DNA of 64,000 nucleotides, taken from contig CM082577.2 of assembly GCA_040954595.2 (NCBI GenBank), positions 9,387,846 through 9,451,845 of the forward strand, given 5' to 3'. The notes under the pieces were generated by a model, which saw only the letters and a program-made list of their open reading frames with translations, searched no databases and was not told the origin of the DNA. Of the stretch, positions 55,325-64,000 are shown in pieces. A program made the position numbers and the translations under genes. The stretch comes from Balanoglossus misakiensis (Eukaryota > Animalia > Hemichordata). Numbering within the stretch: the first letter of the stretch is position 1; the number at the start of each line of letters is the position of its first letter.

Positions 55325-57340
55325 GGTACATCGCAGGTGACAAACTCTGGATTTAATCATTTTTAGCAATTCTCAGTAGCATACACGTATTTTGAACCAA
55401 GTATACACAAGACACAAAAACAACCATCGGAATTAAGCTTGCTCCCCACGTTTCTGAGCATCTCTCGGCCTCATTGAATTTTACTTGCACGACAACAGGA
55501 GTGGGGAAACAACGCCAGGCCGTGACGTTCTTCCAGACATCGACACTGTATTTTGACATTAATGGTTCATGGCAGAAAACAGAGTGCGCTTTAGCGACGA
55601 AATAATCACATCTTCTGACCTGGCAATTGATGAGCAAAACTCTTCTCTGTTCATTTACTTCTTCTCTACATACTCAAGCACTGAACGTCGGTGGTGGTGG
55701 TGAACTTTCACCCCAACCAACCTCCTCCCAAATCATGGCCTCTCTGGTAACATTGCAAGCATCTTAGTAAAATACATGTAGGTGGAGTTTTGGACCCTAC
55801 GAGCGAAAGCATATTGCTCTGTACGCTTTGTGCTCTAGGAAAGGGTACCCATCACAAACGCCATTTTTATTGCATATGCGTGACTGTATAGTAGAAATAC
55901 GTGTATTTTGACGTAATTTATACATGAGAATGTTTAGTAATGCTTTGTAAATGGTCCCTTTTGGGGTTGTGCATAATAGTTTCATTAAGAAACGCGACCC
56001 AAAATAACTTTGCATTACAGTGTTGTAATTTCATAAGAGAAAACGTTTTCTTTTTTTAAATTTACGTCATAGACTCTCATGGTCAGTCAGCGTTCTAGAT
56101 TGGCACATTGCTGAATTCTGAACTACGGCTCTGGTTCCTGACCCTGTCGACAGCCAAACCCCACAATTTGCAATCATTCTAACACCGAACAAAGCCTGGG
56201 ATAAACAGAGTGACATGAAAGCACACGCTGGAAAACACTCAGAGTCCCCCTTCCCCTTACCACCCCGACTGCAACTTTAACATGAGTCCGACCTGTTATT
56301 CCTTGAACCGGTCGGAGTATGAATGTGGAGTGCAGCAGCCCCTAAATCAAAAGGCACATAACTGAATCACTGTGGATATCTGACTGTAAAATTGGGAATG
56401 ACGTCATTCTTCACTGTCTCCCCGAGGGCCCAGTCTGATCTCCACGTGTCAAAACGATTATTTGCTGAGTGCGCATTGCTTATACCTGTGCTGGATCTCA
56501 CTGCTGTCAAACAACAGGGGAGCATTGATGACGCTTTGGCCAATCTGCTGTGCTGACTGATTATTGATGTCGCGTATTTTATTACAGTATATGTAGAAAT
56601 TTAGCGTTGAAATAAATCAGTCAGGCGACCTATTTAACAGAACTCTTGTCTTGGTTTCCGTTTCTGATATGACGGCCAGTGCTGAAAAGAAGCCCGGCCC
56701 CGCACGCTCTCTGTTAGATATCTGACTGTAAAATTGCACGGCGTCATTAGAATATTAAACAATGTGCCCTCTGATCTCTGTGGTATGTACTGCGAGAACT
56801 TGTATATTTAATAATGGTTAAATTATTCACACCAGTTCCGATTTTGAGAGCACGTAATATGAATGTCCAGAGTAAATGGCTACATTATTCCGAACCAGTT
56901 CCGATTTTGGTGACGTGATAAGAATTTCTATACCTCAGAATTTCCTTTACATTAAGGGATGCTGCGTTTAAATTTCGATCTTCGCTCTATTCTACCCCCA
57001 TTCATCCAGTGCAGAGAAGGCGACGAAAAGGTCGGTCAACTTCATAGCAAACATGGTCTGGGTGTTACCTTTGGTAACGTATGGGTCAATTCAATATCCA
57101 AATCGGTTATCAGCAAAAGAAGGGTATACAATTAATATCTTAACACAGATATTGTATTAGTTTTGGAAGATGGTACGGTTCACCGCATCATGTGACAACA
57201 TACATCATTGGCTTATTGAATATTCCTAGTAGATAAAAGGTGACTGTGCATGTCGACCCTGGACGGTGTATATCAACCCCTGCACCGATTCGTGTATTCA
57301 CAGTCAGTCGGGAATCCTTCTCTTGGTGGTGACACTAACC

Positions 57341-59691
<2,351 letters not shown>

Positions 59692-61460
59692 CGCATACAA
59701 CATTGTTTAATGAACGCTTTATTTCGCAGATTTTTTTTCACAGTTCGAATATACGAAAAGAAACATAAAGAACAATCGCGTGTGTGTTTTGGGGGGAAAA
59801 TGACATCTTACTGCTAGCGGATCACCCGGCTTCGCCGTATTCATTTAGACAGCTTTTTCAGCACGCGTAAAACTAGACTCTCTCACAGCCCACGGTTCGC
59901 TATGCTCCCTCAACCGTTTGGCAAGGGAGAAGCACCGTCTAGCGTATACCTCTCACGAAATTTGACATTCTCACTGCAGTAAGGTTGATTCCTAAAGCAG
60001 ACTGTACCCCGAAGAGAAACGGCAGGCACAGATAACATTGATTACCGCTATTGAAATATCTGTCATTTTTTCGACGTTGGCCACTGAATAATACGGCCAT
60101 ACGGCAACTCAATCAGACGTGGCTACTTTTACCAACAACAGTTTGAGATACACTGATATTTCTACAATACGCTTTTTTATTTGACAAACATCACAAATCA
60201 GCGATTTGGCTTCCGAACCTCTAGATTTTTTTATTCCATGTTTGAAATTTGAAAGCACTCCAATAATTATACTGGTTTGTAGAAGATGCTCGATTAAGAT
60301 TAGCCAATATTTGGACATTAAATAAACAATCTTTCACGTGATCACATTCTCAGTGCAGAATCAAATATATTCTCAGAGGTGTGTTATACTCCCGGGGTGG
60401 GTGGTCTGCCTACCAGTAGGTTCCCAAACGACCGCCTCTTATAGGTTCATCTCCTGACGCTGTAAACGTCAACCCTTTTCATAACTATTTGACAGACTGA
60501 AGTGTCATTGGCCACACCTTCCAGAAATGGGCGTTTTCCATGGCACCAGCTGCTTCTTGCTTGGTATTCTAGTGACCGACGATTATCTGTTTTATCGGTG
60601 TCTCTGTATATCTCCTTGGAGTTCTGCCTTGTTCTGACATTTTGTTATAGCCGCTGAACGAAATATTCGCCTTTACCGACGACATTTGCCACCACCTCTT
60701 ATTTTCATATGTTCATGCATACCGTGTCAAAGCCTTCTAAGCACCGTGTGGTGGCGTATTTTTTTCGCGTGGCCACCAACGTGAAAATCTGTGATTGGCT
60801 AGGCGTCAACATTCGATGGTAACTGTCGCCAAATTTGTTTAAGTGGCTGTGTATCTTTAATTCTATCCTGACGACAGTGTCATACGAAAGCAGAACATCC
60901 GGGTCATCCAGCTTTAAATTGTTGAGTTTATCAGGTTCGGCAAAGGTGCCTGGAAACGCAACTGGGGGCGCTAATGTATAAAAAAAAATTGAACTCGCAG
61001 TCCATTTAACCATAGACTATGATTTAACCTTGATCATGCATGTTCTCGTCAATAACGTAGACATATTCACGCATAGGAAATGGGGAGCCTTGTTACCCAT
61101 CATTTATTCATTGGTGTCGAACAACTGATTTGTTTCCCCCTATCCCCGGAACTGATGACAGAAGTCAGATAAAATTAGGCCTTACATTGACACCTCACCA
61201 TCACGAGGATTATTATCGATCAGGCGCTATCTTCGGTGCGTTGGCCTGACTGTTATCGAGAAGGAGACGATGGACAATGCGCTGTCATTCTACCTGTCAG
61301 TTTGCAATATTAATCGTTGACTCATTTGTGAGCGCATCTCTGTCCAAAGTTGACCGGCGATTGCACCAGGACAAGGTCAACGAACAGGCCGCTGCCGGTC
61401 AGTTTGGTCAATTTGGAAGGTGTGGAGAATTTCCAGAACATTGAAAGGACCTCATGTATA

Positions 61461-61632
61461 CAGTCGAACATGTCTATAGTGGCCAGCAGTCCTGAATTGG
61501 CCTTTATAGACAGGTGGCCTTTATTATAGAATGGCCAATTAATGTACATGTAATTTGCGCAGGGACTTAACAAAGTGGCCATATATAAAAAGGTGACCAC
61601 TGTAAGAGGTGGTCACTAACATGGTTTGACTG
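61461..61632. mobile_element. 172-bp Tc1/mariner (pogo/Tigger-like) MITE
   Basis: TA-CAGTCGAACATG...CATGGTTTGACTG-TA with imperfect TIRs and internal AGGTGGCC-like repeats. Confidence 0.6.
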
Positions 61633-63642
61633 TACATGTACATGCAACACTCTTGCTGACATGGTTGATGCATGTATTAGATTTAATACTCGCTTCGTGG
61701 CTCAAGTCGAGTACACAGGTGTATCCTATAGATAGTTCGAATAGTTCGAACTGCACTTCCTTTACATGGCTGGGGTTCAGCCACAGAAAAATAACCTATA
61801 TGATGTCTGTCTTCTCACTCAACATAATGTGACCGCGCGCTCGGCTGTGTAGAAGTATGTGGAAACAGACATCGGTCTGACGCGTGCATCTTTTGCCAAA
61901 AAAGCAGGTCAACATTTGAATGCAGGGGGGGGGGGGGGCGAAGATTACGGAGAAGTATTTGGCGGGTCTGGGAATATCACTTGACGGTACCATCCTGGCT
62001 TGGACTTTTTACCTTGAAGTCAGTGATAAAAATAAACCGAATAACAAACTCAACTCCTCGACCTATCTCTGAGCGCAGTGGATGATTGACCCCTGGAGAT
62101 TTCTGCTGACGTTCGCATTTCAATGAGTAAAATCATGACGGACATGACTAAACCAGAAATAAAATCAAACGAACGAACTTACAATTACGAATAAAAGCTG
62201 TTACAGAATACTCATAATCTTGACTGTAAACGTAAAAAATTGCAGGGACCACGCTGAAATAACAGTCTCGCCATGAAAAAACCCAAAGGCACTACATACC
62301 AGTACTTATATCTACGTCTACCTTTCCCTGGCCATATATGTCGACCGAGCGCACATAATCGCGACAACACACAGATCAACCCGTTACCAATTGCCAATTG
62401 CCGAGATTCAGTATCTTCATACACGCAAGCGTCGGAAAAGTCCAGCCACTATGTTCGCCGGAACAAAGTCAATATTTTTTGCGTCGAAATATTAGTGTAT
62501 TTTAATTTTTTATCGATTATTGTGATTTTATTTTTTCTCCAGTCTGACAAATGCGCCCACGTTGAGTATCTGGGGCTTAATTTACTAGTATGTGTTAAAG
62601 CTGGCGAATTTCCAATCAATACAGCTTGGCATGTTTTTTTCAAACCACGACCACTCCCAATACAACGCACAGATAACGTGACAGCGCAAAGAAACAACAC
62701 CGATGCTAAATTGACTCCAATAGACTAACCATACAACGTCACAATGAAGCTGAGGTATGCTACGTTGCTACGTGGTTGCTAGGTAAAGTACTTATCACGG
62801 GATACTCCATCACCATGATGGGGAGATCATTTTTTAAAAACTCATTGGGTCATGTATCTTATTGGATCGTTGGTGAATTAATCTGCTAGTCTTGGAAACG
62901 TCATTGCAAACTGCAGGCTCGTCTATTGGAAGCGAAGAGGGCGCTGCACCAAATTCGCCGACAAACTGTATACCAGCAGACATTGGGCATATTTTATTAT
63001 GATTAACGTATTTCTTCTAGTCAACATTGATGACACAAATTTTCAACGCCCACTCCGCACTCAAGACCTTCCGGGCAAAAACCTATAATTTCATTTAATT
63101 AACGTTCCCGTAGTATCGGGCCAAAAGGCCAAAAAGATGATAATGAATTATCATGACTGTTACCAAATGTCAAGGAGCAGAAACAAACGTTTTGGACATT
63201 ATCTCATAAATGTCACCATTTGTAAGCTTAGGTGAGCTCGCGAGATGTCACGAAAACTTGTTGCGTGCAACGGTGGCCACAGACTCGTAAAAAATATTTC
63301 AAAAATAACATACATATTTGGCCGATAATGTGTAGTTATGCACGCTTAAAACGCCTAAAATGTCTGTGAGGGCAAAGTCGCTCTAGTCCACACGATCAGA
63401 CGACACCATAGCAATTACTGCAAGTAACGGATCAACTCTCAGACCTCGTATAGCGATTTGTTACATTTATTTCATCAGAGAATATACCATCCAAAAATAC
63501 AATTAAACTGTGAAGACGATTTGACCATCGGTATGTGAGAATACGAAATATCATTATGATAACATTACGACTGCAACGTTTCCAAGAGTCACGGTCACCA
63601 TGGGTAACCATCAAAGGTAGTGGTGCGGGTGAGTACATCGCG

Positions 63643-63689
63643 TTAGACGCCGCTGTTTTCGGGACATTGGCGATTTTTACAGTAACCAA
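63643..63689 (-). CDS. Possible terminal coding exon (...GYCKNRQCPENSGV*) of a gene starting right of the window
   Basis: Strong minus-strand acceptor (cttttctctttacag|) at 63690, short Cys-containing frame to TAA, AATAAA ~170 nt downstream (63471-63466). No homology recognised and the reading frame is uncertain. Confidence 0.3.
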
Positions 63690-64000
63690 CTGTAAAGAGA
63701 AAAGGGTGATAGATCATTAATACCAACAAGTAGGCGGTGCAGTGCAGTATCTGGCTTAAAAGTTTGTACGTACTAGGAGATGATAAACGCTGTACTGTAC
63801 AAACACGTGACACGTAAAAATTAAAGTCTTTGATATGAGAAGACGGCGAAATTAATGCAAACATATGCAAAGAAATGTATTCTTTTTTAATTAATTACTT
63901 CCAATGACCGTTCCGGTTTTATTCACGCAGCTTGGTACGTTGTCTTCATTTTATTATTTTATTCCAGCGGCGCAATACTCACCAACTTGGCATATGAAAG

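Noticed and set aside
56375-56909. Short direct repeats between the esterases (GATATCTGACTGTAAAATTG x2; ACCAGTTCCGATTTTG x2)
   Set aside because: Only two copies each, with no structure or recognisable function; likely small local duplications.
60870-60940. KLNNLKLDDPDVLLSYD resembling a Penelope-type RT motif
   Set aside because: About 20 residues with no continuation; cannot be supported without tBLASTn or HMM evidence.

Overview
Intron-rich animal genomic DNA, probably an invertebrate (taxon is an inference only). Left third: the 5' part of a midasin (MDN1/Rea1) gene on the minus strand (ATG at 20441, all six AAA Walker A motifs present, gene runs off the left edge). Two of its introns each carry a paralogous box H/ACA snoRNA whose pockets match conserved 28S rRNA segments. 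Head-to-head with MDN1 are two tandem 22-exon, 932-aa single-catalytic-domain GH31 alpha-glucosidase genes (21666-38527 and 39266-51201). They resemble the C-terminal subunit of maltase-glucoamylase/sucrase-isomaltase but carry their own N-terminal membrane anchor. Their introns hold six identical tRNA-Phe(GAA) genes plus decayed copies, three intact per paralog but in different introns. Intron 20 of the first gene contains a 5.8-kb four-unit array of a DINE-1/Helentron-like (HINE) non-autonomous element. Two tandem two-exon type-B carboxylesterases with an unusual 58-aa insert and hydrophobic C-termini follow (52674-55324, 57341-59691). Several MITEs (piggyBac-, Kolobok-, Harbinger- and Tc1/pogo-like), a 213-bp palindrome and trinucleotide microsatellites are scattered through the window. 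Exon boundaries were read by eye; homologue and rRNA comparisons are from recalled sequences, not database searches.
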